Source of the DNA: a virus
Taxonomy: Duplodnaviria > Caudoviricetes
Strand: one strand, 5' to 3'
IMG/VR virus record: IMGVR_UViG_3300035703_000118
Span: 1 to 56,030 of that record
DNA: 56,030 bases
This document shows, piece by piece, positions 26,649 to 35,719 of this stretch. Each line of letters starts with the position of its first letter. Positions within the stretch are counted from its first letter, which is position 1. Under the pieces are notes generated by a model. The model was not told where the DNA came from and ran no database searches. It saw only the letters and a program-made list of their open reading frames with translations. The position numbers were made by a program, and so were the translations under genes.

Positions 26649-27568
26649 TGTTCACCCCAACTGGCGTGCATGGCGGGGTGATGTATTGCAAGTACGAGCA
26701 CCCCCTGACCGAATCAAACCGCAGGTGGCGTACCGATCTTCGCAGGCAAAACGGCGGGTACTGGGTGTGTCGGATTTGCGAAAAAAACCGCCAGGTTTCA
26801 CGCAACAAGCCCGAATACAAAAAGACCTTACGCAACGCCTCAAAGGGCAAGTTCTGCAATCATGGTCATGCGCTCGAAGGCGACAACATGATGTGGCATA
26901 AAGACGCGCGCCGTGAGGCTGGCGGGTTTTACACCTGCAAGACTTGCTTTCGCACCAACGCATCTAAGCGGCAGGCCAATTACCGCAAGCGCAAAGCGCG
27001 GCAGGAGCATTTCACTTACGTTGGGCCGCGAGAAATGATTGCCGAAGTTGCGCAGCAGATTGTTGATTCTGCGCTGGAAAAGACGGAGGCCGAAAAACTC
27101 GTTACGCTCAAGGCTGGCCTGGTTGCTCATGCTAGACTCATGCGGCGACCGACTTCTGAGCCTGCTACGGCGGAACAGTTTGAGGCCGAGTTCGCCCGAG
27201 CGTCCGACGAAATGTGGAAGGCAGTTGACCGGCTGATGGCTGCTGAGAAGAAAAACCCGCTGGCGCATCTGAACGTGAAGCCCGATGCTGAACGCGCGTG
27301 GGATCGGTTTAATAAGGCGCTGGAAGAGGCGCGGCTGACCGGCGAGAACGTGCCGAACTGTCAGGATCGCCCTGCGGAGTTTGTTGATTACGATGAAGAT
27401 AACTTGCCGACCGCCGATGAGGCGTATAGGCTGTGCCGCGGCGATGAAAATACGCCGAAATGCCCACTGCTGGAACTGTGTGCCGTATATGCCGAACAGG
27501 AGCGCCCCGCTTGGGGCATCCATAGTGGTGAAGTATGGGTCATGGGCGAACCAGTGAACAACGAGTAG
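26648..27568 (+). CDS. WhiB-like protein fused to two Cys/His zinc-ribbon repeats
   Basis: Two C-x3-H...N...GG-x3-CxxC repeats; C-terminal four-Cys domain (NC...LC...CP...C...WGIHSG) resembling the WhiB GVWGG turn. Confidence 0.7.
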   Translation: MFTPTGVHGGVMYCKYEHPLTESNRRWRTDLRRQNGGYWVCRICEKNRQVSRNKPEYKKTLRNASKGKFCNHGHALEGDNMMWHKDARREAGGFYTCKTCFRTNASKRQANYRKRKARQEHFTYVGPREMIAEVAQQIVDSALEKTEAEKLVTLKAGLVAHARLMRRPTSEPATAEQFEAEFARASDEMWKAVDRLMAAEKKNPLAHLNVKPDAERAWDRFNKALEEARLTGENVPNCQDRPAEFVDYDEDNLPTADEAYRLCRGDENTPKCPLLELCAVYAEQERPAWGIHSGEVWVMGEPVNNE

Positions 27569-27580
27569 AAGGAGGATCAA

Positions 27581-27991
27581 GTGAAGAAGAGTTTTATCAT
27601 TGCGGGGGCGCTTGCGACAGGGCTGGCGCTTTCTGGCTGCGCGAGCGACGCATACGTGGTTTCGGATAACCTTTCAAGGGCGGCAGACCAGTTTGAGGTT
27701 GAGCGCCGCATTGTGTTTTTCAACGGCATTACCGACACTTACCTTTTGACCATTGAGGGCCGGTGCTCGATTGAGTCAGACAATGTTGATTCACAACTGG
27801 AGGTCGTCTGCAAGATCGGCCCTGAGGAGTACGTCAAGCATTTCCTTGGCCTCAGCGACAACGTTTCGTACTTTGTTGAGCAACAGGAAACCATTGATGT
27901 CAGCGAGTACAACTACCGCGTCATCTTCAAGCCTGAGTCCATCATCCCGAACATTGACCCGCAGATTTCGGGTCTTGACGCAAACGACTAA
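27581..27991 (+). CDS. Lipoprotein
   Basis: MKK, hydrophobic stretch, LSGC lipobox. Confidence 0.85.
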   Translation: MKKSFIIAGALATGLALSGCASDAYVVSDNLSRAADQFEVERRIVFFNGITDTYLLTIEGRCSIESDNVDSQLEVVCKIGPEEYVKHFLGLSDNVSYFVEQQETIDVSEYNYRVIFKPESIIPNIDPQISGLDAND

Positions 27992-28003
27992 AGGAGGCAT
28001 CAA

Positions 28004-28666
28004 ATGACTGAATACACCGCACCGCACGTCTACACCGCCCTGTTGGCGATCTTCAAGGACATTGAGGTTGATAAGGATGGCACGCTGCCCAGCAATATGA
28101 GTGGCCGCGCCTACGTCACCGCTGGCAATTTGAGCGCCAAAATCAAGGAGCAGTTTGTCAAGCATGAGCTGATCTTCCACCCGGTCTCGGAGCGCATCAT
28201 CCACCACGAGGTTGCGCAAGATAAGACGCAGCGCACACTGATTGCCCTGTCCGTTGAGGGCACCTACCGGATCATCAGCACCAAGGATGGTTCGTTCATC
28301 GAAATCGGTGGGGCTGGTGACGGCCTCGCAACCGCGACGAGTGTGGCAAACAACATTGCGTCAACGAACGCTCTGAAGAACGCCCTGTTGCGCCTGGTGA
28401 TGGCGACTGAAGGCGGCGTTGAGAGCCAGTCGAAGGATGGCATTGGCGAGGCTGATTCTGCGCCCGCGCAGGTGTCGGGTCTTGCCGCCGTGCGCAAGCG
28501 CCTACAGGATGCGTCGAAGGCGGTCGAAGGCCCGGTGAAAGGTTCGGAGTACCTTGACCTGATTCTTGCATCGTCGGAAGGGGACTTGTCCTCGAAGACC
28601 CTGAAAGACATTTGGGGCGACGAGCAGGCGTTGACCGTGCTTGAGTCGCTGGTGGCTAAGGCGTGA
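28004..28666 (+). CDS. ERF-family single-strand annealing protein
   Basis: V.KDG...AY...K..F.KHEL...DGS.I...G.G......A.T.A.K.AL pattern; next to exonuclease and SSB. Confidence 0.7.
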   Translation: MTEYTAPHVYTALLAIFKDIEVDKDGTLPSNMSGRAYVTAGNLSAKIKEQFVKHELIFHPVSERIIHHEVAQDKTQRTLIALSVEGTYRIISTKDGSFIEIGGAGDGLATATSVANNIASTNALKNALLRLVMATEGGVESQSKDGIGEADSAPAQVSGLAAVRKRLQDASKAVEGPVKGSEYLDLILASSEGDLSSKTLKDIWGDEQALTVLESLVAKA

Positions 28667-28780
28667 GTTGGTTCATCGGTTTTGAGCGCCGGTTCGAGTT
28701 TGACTTCCTGCGTGAGCCTGGGTTCTGGGAGGTTCACATTGGGTGGCTGTACTTCGGTGCGGTTGACCTAGGGTTGCATC

Positions 28781-29173
28781 ATGCCTAAAGCAAATTCGCT
28801 CAAGTTGGTGCCGTATGCCGACGTTGGGATTTGGAACCGAGAGCGCGGTTACTACCAAAAAGTGCGTCGCCTGCTGGAGTACACTTACGGAGCGCCCGGT
28901 GAGCAATCCGAGACCGGCTACGGCGAGGGCGGAAGCAAGATTGACTGGCGACCCAACGAGCCATTCCATGCAACCCTGCGCATCGACAGGCTGGAGCGTG
29001 GGCGGAGTGCGGCGCGCTTCTGGTTTGTTGATGACACGCTCGAAATCGAGTACCCGTTTTTCGGCCAGGGGCTTGTCGAAATGTTGTCGAAAGCAAACAT
29101 GCAGGGCGGCGTAGTCGAAGGCACTTGGATCGCCGTGAAGCGCGGCGCAAACTACGGAATCGAGATGTTGTAA
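28781..29173 (+). CDS. Hypothetical protein
   Basis: 130 aa, abuts the exonuclease start. Confidence 0.7.
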   Translation: MPKANSLKLVPYADVGIWNRERGYYQKVRRLLEYTYGAPGEQSETGYGEGGSKIDWRPNEPFHATLRIDRLERGRSAARFWFVDDTLEIEYPFFGQGLVEMLSKANMQGGVVEGTWIAVKRGANYGIEML

Positions 29174-30046
29174 ATGACTCGCGGCCCAGCCCTGGCACAA
29201 TACTGGAGCGCCGAAGAAAACGACGGACGCGGCTATAAACGCCCCAGCACTGGTGAGCAAGTACCGGGTGTGACATCCATCACCGGCCTGGTTAACAAAG
29301 ACTTGGCGCAGTGGGGCGCAGACCTTGCAACCCGCTGGATGTCTGAGCACTGGTTTCAGTGGAATCCCGGCCAACGCTCCGAAGAGTCTGCGTTCAATTC
29401 GGCGCGCTACAAGTGGAAAGATTACCGCAACGAGCGAGGCCAGGTTGGTACGAACGTCCACAACTACATCGAAGACTTGCTCCTGGGCAGGAATCCGCTC
29501 TTTGAGTTTTTGGAGCCGGAAGAACAACGGCGCGTCTTGCAGTTTGAAGACTTCTGCTTCCTGACCGGCTTTGAGGCTACGGCCACCGAGCGGCAAGTGT
29601 GGGGCGGTTCATACGGCGGCACGCTGGATGCTCATGGCTGGATGTATTCGGAGCGCCTGGGGCGTAAAGCTCATGGGCTGTTCGATTGGAAGACTTCCAA
29701 GCGTGCGTATTTTGAGTACATGATGCAACTCGCTGCACTGAAGAATGCCGACTTCCAGTTCATTCAGCGCCCGCAAGCCGAGGCTGACACTAGCCCGCTG
29801 GTCAAAGACGGTAAGACGACTCACTGGGCTGAAGTGCCAATGCCGGAAGTGGAGACAGCTTGGATTGTGCATCTTACTGACGACAACTGGGCGGTTCACG
29901 AGTTGACGGATGAGGAGATGCACTTGTCTCGATTTGCCGCGTACACTGAAGTTTGGTGGGCGGAGAAGCGTCTGAAAGAAACGCTGGGCGCGCGGGGCCA
30001 GAAACTTGATCGCCCCGTAGACTGGTTTGATCCGAAAAAGGATTGA
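29174..30046 (+). CDS. PD-(D/E)xK exonuclease (RecE/Cas4-like)
   Basis: PGVTSI, GTNVH..IE, YGGTLD, DWKTS and QLAA motifs. Confidence 0.85.
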   Translation: MTRGPALAQYWSAEENDGRGYKRPSTGEQVPGVTSITGLVNKDLAQWGADLATRWMSEHWFQWNPGQRSEESAFNSARYKWKDYRNERGQVGTNVHNYIEDLLLGRNPLFEFLEPEEQRRVLQFEDFCFLTGFEATATERQVWGGSYGGTLDAHGWMYSERLGRKAHGLFDWKTSKRAYFEYMMQLAALKNADFQFIQRPQAEADTSPLVKDGKTTHWAEVPMPEVETAWIVHLTDDNWAVHELTDEEMHLSRFAAYTEVWWAEKRLKETLGARGQKLDRPVDWFDPKKD

Positions 30047-30071
30047 CGCATAGCAGTTCTGGCACTAGAGT
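30043..30071 (+). promoter_or_regulatory. SigA-type promoter for ssb
   Basis: TTGACG-N17-TAGAGT. Confidence 0.65.
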
Positions 30072-30110
30072 GGTGCTAGACTTACACCCTCGAAAGACAA
30101 GGAGATTTAC

Positions 30111-30500
30111 ATGACCATCAACCCGAACAACTACACTGGCGTGAGCGCCACCATCGTCGGCTGGGCCGCGACAGACCCTCGACCGCCTGCATACGACAAG
30201 GATGGCACCAAGGGCGTCATCGAGGTGCCCATCGCCCACAATGAGGGCTACACCAAGGACGGCGAGTTCGTGAAGACTGGCACCACTTGGTACTCGGTGG
30301 TTGCCGCTGGCGATGCCGCGAACGAACTGAAGCGCATCAAGAAGGGCGACAAGATTCGCGTGGATGATGCAAAGCAGGAGGTTCGTGAGTTTGAGACTGG
30401 CGGCGAAAAGAAGCTCGGCATTACGCTGCGTTTCGGCAAGGTCACCGTTCTGGACGCCAAGGGCGGCGCGTCAGCCGCAGATGCAGACCCGGTGTTCTGA
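30111..30500 (+). CDS. ssb: Single-stranded DNA-binding protein
   Basis: OB-fold pattern (TTWYSV...KKGDKIRV) and acidic-hydrophobic tail DADPVF. Confidence 0.85.
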   Translation: MTINPNNYTGVSATIVGWAATDPRPPAYDKDGTKGVIEVPIAHNEGYTKDGEFVKTGTTWYSVVAAGDAANELKRIKKGDKIRVDDAKQEVREFETGGEKKLGITLRFGKVTVLDAKGGASAADADPVF

Positions 30501-30715
30501 TGCCTGAGTTCCGCGTAACTCTTGCTCGCAAGATTGAGGGTAGTGAAAACCCCAATTCTGCCCAGTTTGACGAGTCGGATGCTTTCCTTATCTCCACTTT
30601 TCGGGCAAGCGACGAAAAGATTGCTGGGGTAAAGGCCCTCGACCATTTCCGAGACACCTTTGACTGGCATCCCGACTGGGTTGTCGCTGGCGTTGAGATG
30701 GTTGACGACGATTAG
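30500..30715 (+). CDS. Hypothetical protein
   Basis: 71 aa, TGATG coupling. Confidence 0.65.
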   Translation: MPEFRVTLARKIEGSENPNSAQFDESDAFLISTFRASDEKIAGVKALDHFRDTFDWHPDWVVAGVEMVDDD

Positions 30716-30769
30716 TTTGTGGAGTTGCCCGCCATTTTCAGGGGTGGAGGTGGCGGGACACAATTTCAT

Positions 30770-31193
30770 GGGGGTAGCGGTTTCTGGAATACGGAATGCG
30801 CGCCAATTCCGAGAAGTCCATCTTGGTCGAGCCATCGGTGAACGGGACTGACTGTAATCGTGTCAGGCGAAACCGGAGGAAAAGGACAAAAGCATCTGGC
30901 CCGGATGCAGTGACCGTTAATTCTAGATGAGTACGGCAACCCGTTGCGAAGACGGGAGGGCACCTAACTTCATAAGAGTCGCTGGATAACCGGGAACGCC
31001 AGCGGTCAGTGCAAGTGCAAGCCACCCGGCGCATTTATGCACGCACGAAAGGAAGCCCATCCTGCTTAGCGGCAAAACGGGCACAACCCCCACCACTGGT
31101 AGGCAGCGGTTCAAGCCCGCAACGCTTCGGTTGGTCTAGAAGGGCCGAAAGCCAATGGCGACTGTTGAGGTTCAAATCCTCAGTGGGGGACGA
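30770..31193 (+). ncRNA. Candidate large structured ncRNA ending in a tRNA-like domain
   Basis: Long gap in an otherwise gene-dense arm; multiple GNRA/UUCG-like hairpins; 3' T-arm and acceptor stem. Confidence 0.55.
31087..31190 (+). ncRNA. tRNA-like element (not a canonical tRNA)
   Basis: Perfect 7-bp acceptor CCCCCAC/GTGGGGG, T-arm TGAGG-TTCAAAT-CCTCA and mini D-arm CTG-GTAGG-CAG; the anticodon arm is replaced by ~60 nt of extra sequence. Confidence 0.6.
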
Positions 31194-31266
31194 TATGACA
31201 TACACAACCGACGTGAAGATGGGGCGCTAGACTGTAAACTCTCTCAACTGGAAGGCGGGCAGAAAC

Positions 31267-33477
31267 ATTAAGCACCTTGACCAGCGGGAGTTTCTGACAA
31301 AACTGTTCAGCGGCCTAGACTTCGGCTACGTTCAACTTGTCACCAGCCCCACCACTGGGCCGGATGTAAAGTTCAACATGCCGCGCACCTACGACCTGTT
31401 CACGGGTTTCGGTGACTTTTTAGAAGACGCTAAGCGGCTTTCCGTGGGTGACTTGTGTTTCGCGGTTGCAGCATACGGTCAAGAATACCGGCGCAAGAAT
31501 GACCCCGAAGCGAAGACCCGCGTCGTGTATGCCGATGTGGACGGCCTTGACCCTAAAGATTTCCGGGTAGCACCCACATTCCTTGTGTCGTCTTCCCCCG
31601 GACACTGGCACGCTTACTGGTTGCTGGAAGATTTCGTGCTCAACGATGAGGCCGCAGAAATCTCCACCGCCATTGCCAAGGCGCACGGCTTGGATGCTTC
31701 AAGCGGTATTGCCACCAAACTGCTGCGGGTGCCGGGGAGCGTGAACACTAAGTATGCCCCTGCGCATACAGTTCAGGCGTACCAGAATGTTGAAACGCTC
31801 TACACGCTGGAGCGACTGGCGTCCTTCTATCCGCTGGGCGCTGTCGAGGCTTACGATTCGGTCGAGTTGCAAGCGCCGGTTGAATGGCCCAACTATTTTG
31901 ATGCGCTCGCAGAAATCCCTGCCGACAATCGCATCCAAATGCTCATGGAGTGGGACAAGCGTACCGCCGATGACCCAGAGAAACGTAGCGAGCACCGCTT
32001 TGAGTTGATCCGGTTGCTCATGGAGAAGACGCACCTCACCCCTGAGCAGATCGCTGTCGTTGTTTGGCACGCGCCAGTCTCCGACCATTTCCGTGAGCAA
32101 GACCGGCCCATTGAGCATCTGTATAAGTTTGATGTGGCGAAAGCTCTCGGCAAGCAGGTGGAGCCGACCGAGTTGGAGCGGTACGAGCCTGAAGAGGCCG
32201 TCACTGATGTGCAGTTCATCACCGCCGAAGAGATGATTGCCGTCTACGAAACCCCCGGCTTTTTAGACAAGTGGCGTGAAATCAACTACGCCAACCTGCA
32301 TCCGAAAACGCCCGACCAGTACGTGCGGATCAACGGCTACGCGCTGCTGAGTGCGGCTCTGGGTAACAAGGTTACGGTGATGCCTCCAGGCACGTCGCGC
32401 GCTGTGTTCTGCAACTTGTACGTGCTCAACGTCGGGCAAACCACATCGGGTAAATCTGAGGCCCTGTTTATTCTGAAGCGGTTTATCAAGGCTTATAGCG
32501 AGAAGGTGGGCTATGAACTGTTTGTCGGCTCGTCAGCCACGTCGGAAGGTCTTATCAAGGCCCTGAAGGGCTACGACAAGCGCACGGCTCTGCTCATCAC
32601 CGAAGAAGTGTCGGGCAAGTTCCGCTCGTGGGCGAACAGTGCAAACATGGCGCACGCTCGTGAGACTGAGCTTGAATTGTACGACAACTATTTGCCGAAA
32701 AACTTGCGTGCCGGTGATGGTGCTGGCTCGGTGGAGAACGTTCACTTGTCGTTTTCGCAGTACATGATGGGTGTGGATTCAGAAGTGGAAGGCTTGCTTG
32801 ATCGCGGCTTTCTACGTTCCGGCTACCTGCCGCGTGTTCTCGTGGTGAAAGGTGAGCGCAGCATCTTTGACGCCTCCGAGCAGTTGGAGATTCCGCAGGG
32901 TGACCCCGACAAAACGCAAGACGTTGACCCGATTCCCGGCATTTGGGCTGAATCTTTTGCCGAGTCGATTCGCCGCAACAGTCGTCACGAGCAGGGCCGC
33001 TTTGGCTACATGGTGATGCAGTTTGAGGATGATGCCTGGTCGCGCTTTTTGCAGTTCCGTGCGAGCCTGCTGAAGTTTGCGGAATCCCACGAAGACCCGG
33101 ATGTGGTGCGTCCGATGGCGATTCGTTTTGCAATCAGTGCCCAGAAGATGATGGCGTTGCTTGCTTATGAGCGCGCTGCGGGTGTTGTGCAGATGATTGA
33201 CGTTTTGCGCGTGCTGGCCGACTGCGAAGATTTCTGGGGCTGGAGTATGGACTTAGTGCAGGGCGTGTCCGATTCGGCGTTTGCTCGGATGCAGGATGAG
33301 GTGCTAACGTGGCTGATTGCCCGCAACCGTAAGGCGCGTCTGGTGGACTTCCACACCCGCTACGCCTCGTGGACATTGAAAGAACGTAGTGATGTGCTCG
33401 AAAGTCTGATGGCTCGTGGCGTTGCTGCGGTTAGGACTAGCGATAAAGGATCGAAACACTTGGAGATGGCAGAATGA
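31267..33477 (+). CDS. RepB-like primase (AEP) fused to a P-loop helicase (DUF3987-like)
   Basis: YADVD, SSPGHWHAYW, LLRVPG..N.KY and Walker A GQTTSGKS. Start is either ATT 31267 (inferred) or ATG 31378. Confidence 0.85.
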   Translation: MKHLDQREFLTKLFSGLDFGYVQLVTSPTTGPDVKFNMPRTYDLFTGFGDFLEDAKRLSVGDLCFAVAAYGQEYRRKNDPEAKTRVVYADVDGLDPKDFRVAPTFLVSSSPGHWHAYWLLEDFVLNDEAAEISTAIAKAHGLDASSGIATKLLRVPGSVNTKYAPAHTVQAYQNVETLYTLERLASFYPLGAVEAYDSVELQAPVEWPNYFDALAEIPADNRIQMLMEWDKRTADDPEKRSEHRFELIRLLMEKTHLTPEQIAVVVWHAPVSDHFREQDRPIEHLYKFDVAKALGKQVEPTELERYEPEEAVTDVQFITAEEMIAVYETPGFLDKWREINYANLHPKTPDQYVRINGYALLSAALGNKVTVMPPGTSRAVFCNLYVLNVGQTTSGKSEALFILKRFIKAYSEKVGYELFVGSSATSEGLIKALKGYDKRTALLITEEVSGKFRSWANSANMAHARETELELYDNYLPKNLRAGDGAGSVENVHLSFSQYMMGVDSEVEGLLDRGFLRSGYLPRVLVVKGERSIFDASEQLEIPQGDPDKTQDVDPIPGIWAESFAESIRRNSRHEQGRFGYMVMQFEDDAWSRFLQFRASLLKFAESHEDPDVVRPMAIRFAISAQKMMALLAYERAAGVVQMIDVLRVLADCEDFWGWSMDLVQGVSDSAFARMQDEVLTWLIARNRKARLVDFHTRYASWTLKERSDVLESLMARGVAAVRTSDKGSKHLEMAE

Positions 33478-34109
33478 GTAGCCCCAAGGACATTTATCAC
33501 ATTGAACCAATAGAGTCAAAGTTCGCCCAGGCCCTTGTGGTAGAGAATCATTACCTGCACCGCCGCGCTCAGTGCATGTTTGCTTTTGGGCTATTCGAGG
33601 GTGAAGAACTTATCGGTTGCGTCATCTGGGGTAAGCCCGCATCTCCCTGGCCCTGTCGCGGCATCTGTGGCCCGGAAGAAGCCGATCACGTTTTGGAGTT
33701 GACCCGCCTCTGGATTGATGACAAGTCTGTAAAGAACGCCGAGTCTTTTTTGATCGCATCGAGCATCAAGATGCTACCGGAAAAGTATGACATTTTGCTT
33801 TCCTATGCCGAGATTCAGCAGGGCCACGTTGGCGTTGTTTACCAAGCAACCAACTGGCTTTTTACCGGCATGTCTGACAAAAACCTCGAATGGTGGGTTG
33901 ATGGCAAGCCACTGAAGCACTCTCGTCACGCTTTTGACGAACTGGGTGGCGTCGCTGAGGCCAAGAAGCATTATGGTTCGCGCATGGAAAAGATGGAGCG
34001 ACCCCGGAAGAATCGCTACATCATGTTTCGAGGGTCAAAGAAGAGGAAGAAGGAACTTATGTCAAAGTTGCGCTACAAGCCAATGCCGTACCCCAAGGCC
34101 GAGCAGTGA
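33474..34109 (+). CDS. Mom-like adenine-modification protein (GNAT fold)
   Basis: NHYLH, FGLF....LIG...WG.P, ELTRL, NAES..I...I, LSYA....GH.G.VYQA.NW..TG pattern. Confidence 0.8.
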   Translation: MSSPKDIYHIEPIESKFAQALVVENHYLHRRAQCMFAFGLFEGEELIGCVIWGKPASPWPCRGICGPEEADHVLELTRLWIDDKSVKNAESFLIASSIKMLPEKYDILLSYAEIQQGHVGVVYQATNWLFTGMSDKNLEWWVDGKPLKHSRHAFDELGGVAEAKKHYGSRMEKMERPRKNRYIMFRGSKKRKKELMSKLRYKPMPYPKAEQ

Positions 34110-34867
34110 AACCACCGTTTCCCTACTATGGGGGCAAGCAGAGAATCGCAGAGAAGATCATCGAGACCTTTCCGGCGCACGGGCACTACATTGAGCCTTT
34201 CGCTGGCGGGCTGAGCGTGCTCTTGGCTAAAGAGCCGAGCAAGCACGAGACCGTCAACGACCTCGACAAGTCCCTGGTGACTTTCTGGCGCGTGTTACGA
34301 GAGCGGCCCGAAGAACTTTACAATGCGTGCCTGCTGACGCCGTGGTCGCGTTCAGAGCAAAAGACTTCTACCGACCTTGATGTGCCCGATGAACTGGAAG
34401 TTGCTCGCAGGGTTTTTGTGGCGCTGACCCAAGGGCGCGGTGCTCGGCTGAGCAATACGGGTTGGCGCTTTGTGTCCGATCCGAAGTCACCCACACCCAT
34501 GTCCCGCTACCGGGACGGCTATGTTTCGCGCCTTATGCCCGTTGCCGAGCGGTTGCATTCTGTCACCCTGGAGTGCCGTGATGCGCTTGATGTTATCAAG
34601 ACTTACGGGCGAAAGGGCGCGCTGCTGTACGTTGACCCGCCCTACCTTGCCGAGACTCGCTCTGGGACTGGCTACGGGGTCGAGATGGAAGATGTAGATT
34701 CCCACCGCGGGCTTGCCGAAGTTTTGCGTGCCACTGAAGCCAGCGTCTGCTTGAGTGGGTATGACTCGCCACTGTACGCGGAACTGTACCCCGGCTGGAA
34801 TCGGCTGGAAATCAAAGCTCGCGCCAACTCGGGTAGTCGAACCGAAGTGTTGTGGATGAACTACTGA
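34106..34867 (+). CDS. Dam-family (D12) N6-adenine DNA methyltransferase
   Basis: FPYYGGK, EPFAGG, NDL, DPPY and E.LW.NY motifs. Confidence 0.93.
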   Translation: MKPPFPYYGGKQRIAEKIIETFPAHGHYIEPFAGGLSVLLAKEPSKHETVNDLDKSLVTFWRVLRERPEELYNACLLTPWSRSEQKTSTDLDVPDELEVARRVFVALTQGRGARLSNTGWRFVSDPKSPTPMSRYRDGYVSRLMPVAERLHSVTLECRDALDVIKTYGRKGALLYVDPPYLAETRSGTGYGVEMEDVDSHRGLAEVLRATEASVCLSGYDSPLYAELYPGWNRLEIKARANSGSRTEVLWMNY

Positions 34868-35172
34868 TGGAGCCTAAGCCCCTCCCCTACATAACCCGCC
34901 AACCGCTGACGGATTCTGACCGGCAAAACATCCGGCTCGCCAAGCAAGAAGTCACTGACTTGCTTGTGCGCCTAGTCCCGTGGAGCACCGAGGAGCACGC
35001 GCTGGCGTTTGGCTACACACCGGAAGATAACGATTTACCCACGGGGGCTACTTTCCATTGCGTACAGATGGCGCACCACACTACACTGGTTGAAGCGATC
35101 CGGCGCGTGTTGCTACCGGATGATACTTGGGATGACACCGTTTGGGCGGTGCAGATGATGGGAGGCAAGTGA
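34867..35172 (+). CDS. Hypothetical protein
   Basis: TGATG coupling; ends MMGGK. Confidence 0.65.
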   Translation: MEPKPLPYITRQPLTDSDRQNIRLAKQEVTDLLVRLVPWSTEEHALAFGYTPEDNDLPTGATFHCVQMAHHTTLVEAIRRVLLPDDTWDDTVWAVQMMGGK

Positions 35173-35551
35173 TGGGCGAATATGCAGAGTATGAACTCGC
35201 TCGCCAATATCCAGAAGTTTTTGGCGAACCCCGCAATGGCCGTCGTTGGCGAGATATTGAGGCACCCGTAACGGCTCTCCCGGTTGTAAGAATTGGAAAT
35301 TACCGCTTCAAGGGCCTGACCAGTGGAGAAATTTCCGCCTACGCCCCCGGAGTGCGTATGACCAAAGATTCGGAGCCAGACTTGAGTTGGGGCGAGATGA
35401 TTACACGTAGTGTAATTTCAAAGTCTTTTGCTAAAGGTCACCCGCGAGAACTTGTAGCCCAGCCCGACACAACCAGGGCAGACGTAGATCGAAAAGCAAG
35501 GATTTGGTTGGCCTGGAAGGGCATTGAGATGATGGGAGGTAAGTGATGGGC
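35153..35551 (+). repeat. Gene-junction linker AGATGATGGGAGG(C/T)AAGTGATGGGC, two copies
   Basis: 35153-35177 and 35527-35551, 24/25 identical. Confidence 0.9.
35172..35546 (+). CDS. Hypothetical cassette-like gene
   Basis: Bounded by the two linkers; ends MMGGK. Confidence 0.7.
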   Translation: MGEYAEYELARQYPEVFGEPRNGRRWRDIEAPVTALPVVRIGNYRFKGLTSGEISAYAPGVRMTKDSEPDLSWGEMITRSVISKSFAKGHPRELVAQPDTTRADVDRKARIWLAWKGIEMMGGK

Positions 35552-35719
35552 TGGGTAAGGATTTCCATTGACCGCAAAGGCATAAGCCATGAGGTTGAGT
35601 TTGAGATGCGCGAAGAGCGCAATATTTCTGGCGAGTGGCACACGGACGATTACGAGGTATTGCTTGCTTCTGCGGTGAAGTCGATCAAGGCATCCATTGA
35701 TGCGTCGGATGGCAAGTGA
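35546..35719 (+). CDS. Hypothetical protein (57 aa)
   Basis: MGWVRISIDRK...DGK; fills the operon gap. Confidence 0.6.
   Translation: MGWVRISIDRKGISHEVEFEMREERNISGEWHTDDYEVLLASAVKSIKASIDASDGK

Noticed and set aside
15557-29596. Long minus-strand ORFs (e.g. 15557..16588, 18128..18976, 26840..27580, 28673..29596)
   Set aside because: Antisense to the tightly coupled plus-strand operon, with no motifs or RBS.
29174-30046. Cas4 as part of a CRISPR system
   Set aside because: It lacks the Fe-S cysteines, and there are no cas genes or array; the ERF/SSB context indicates a recombination exonuclease.
30770-31193. tmRNA or canonical tRNA
   Set aside because: The 5' GGGGG at 30770 cannot pair with the 3' GGGGG; there is no G3-U70 pair, tag ORF or 7-nt anticodon loop that I can identify.
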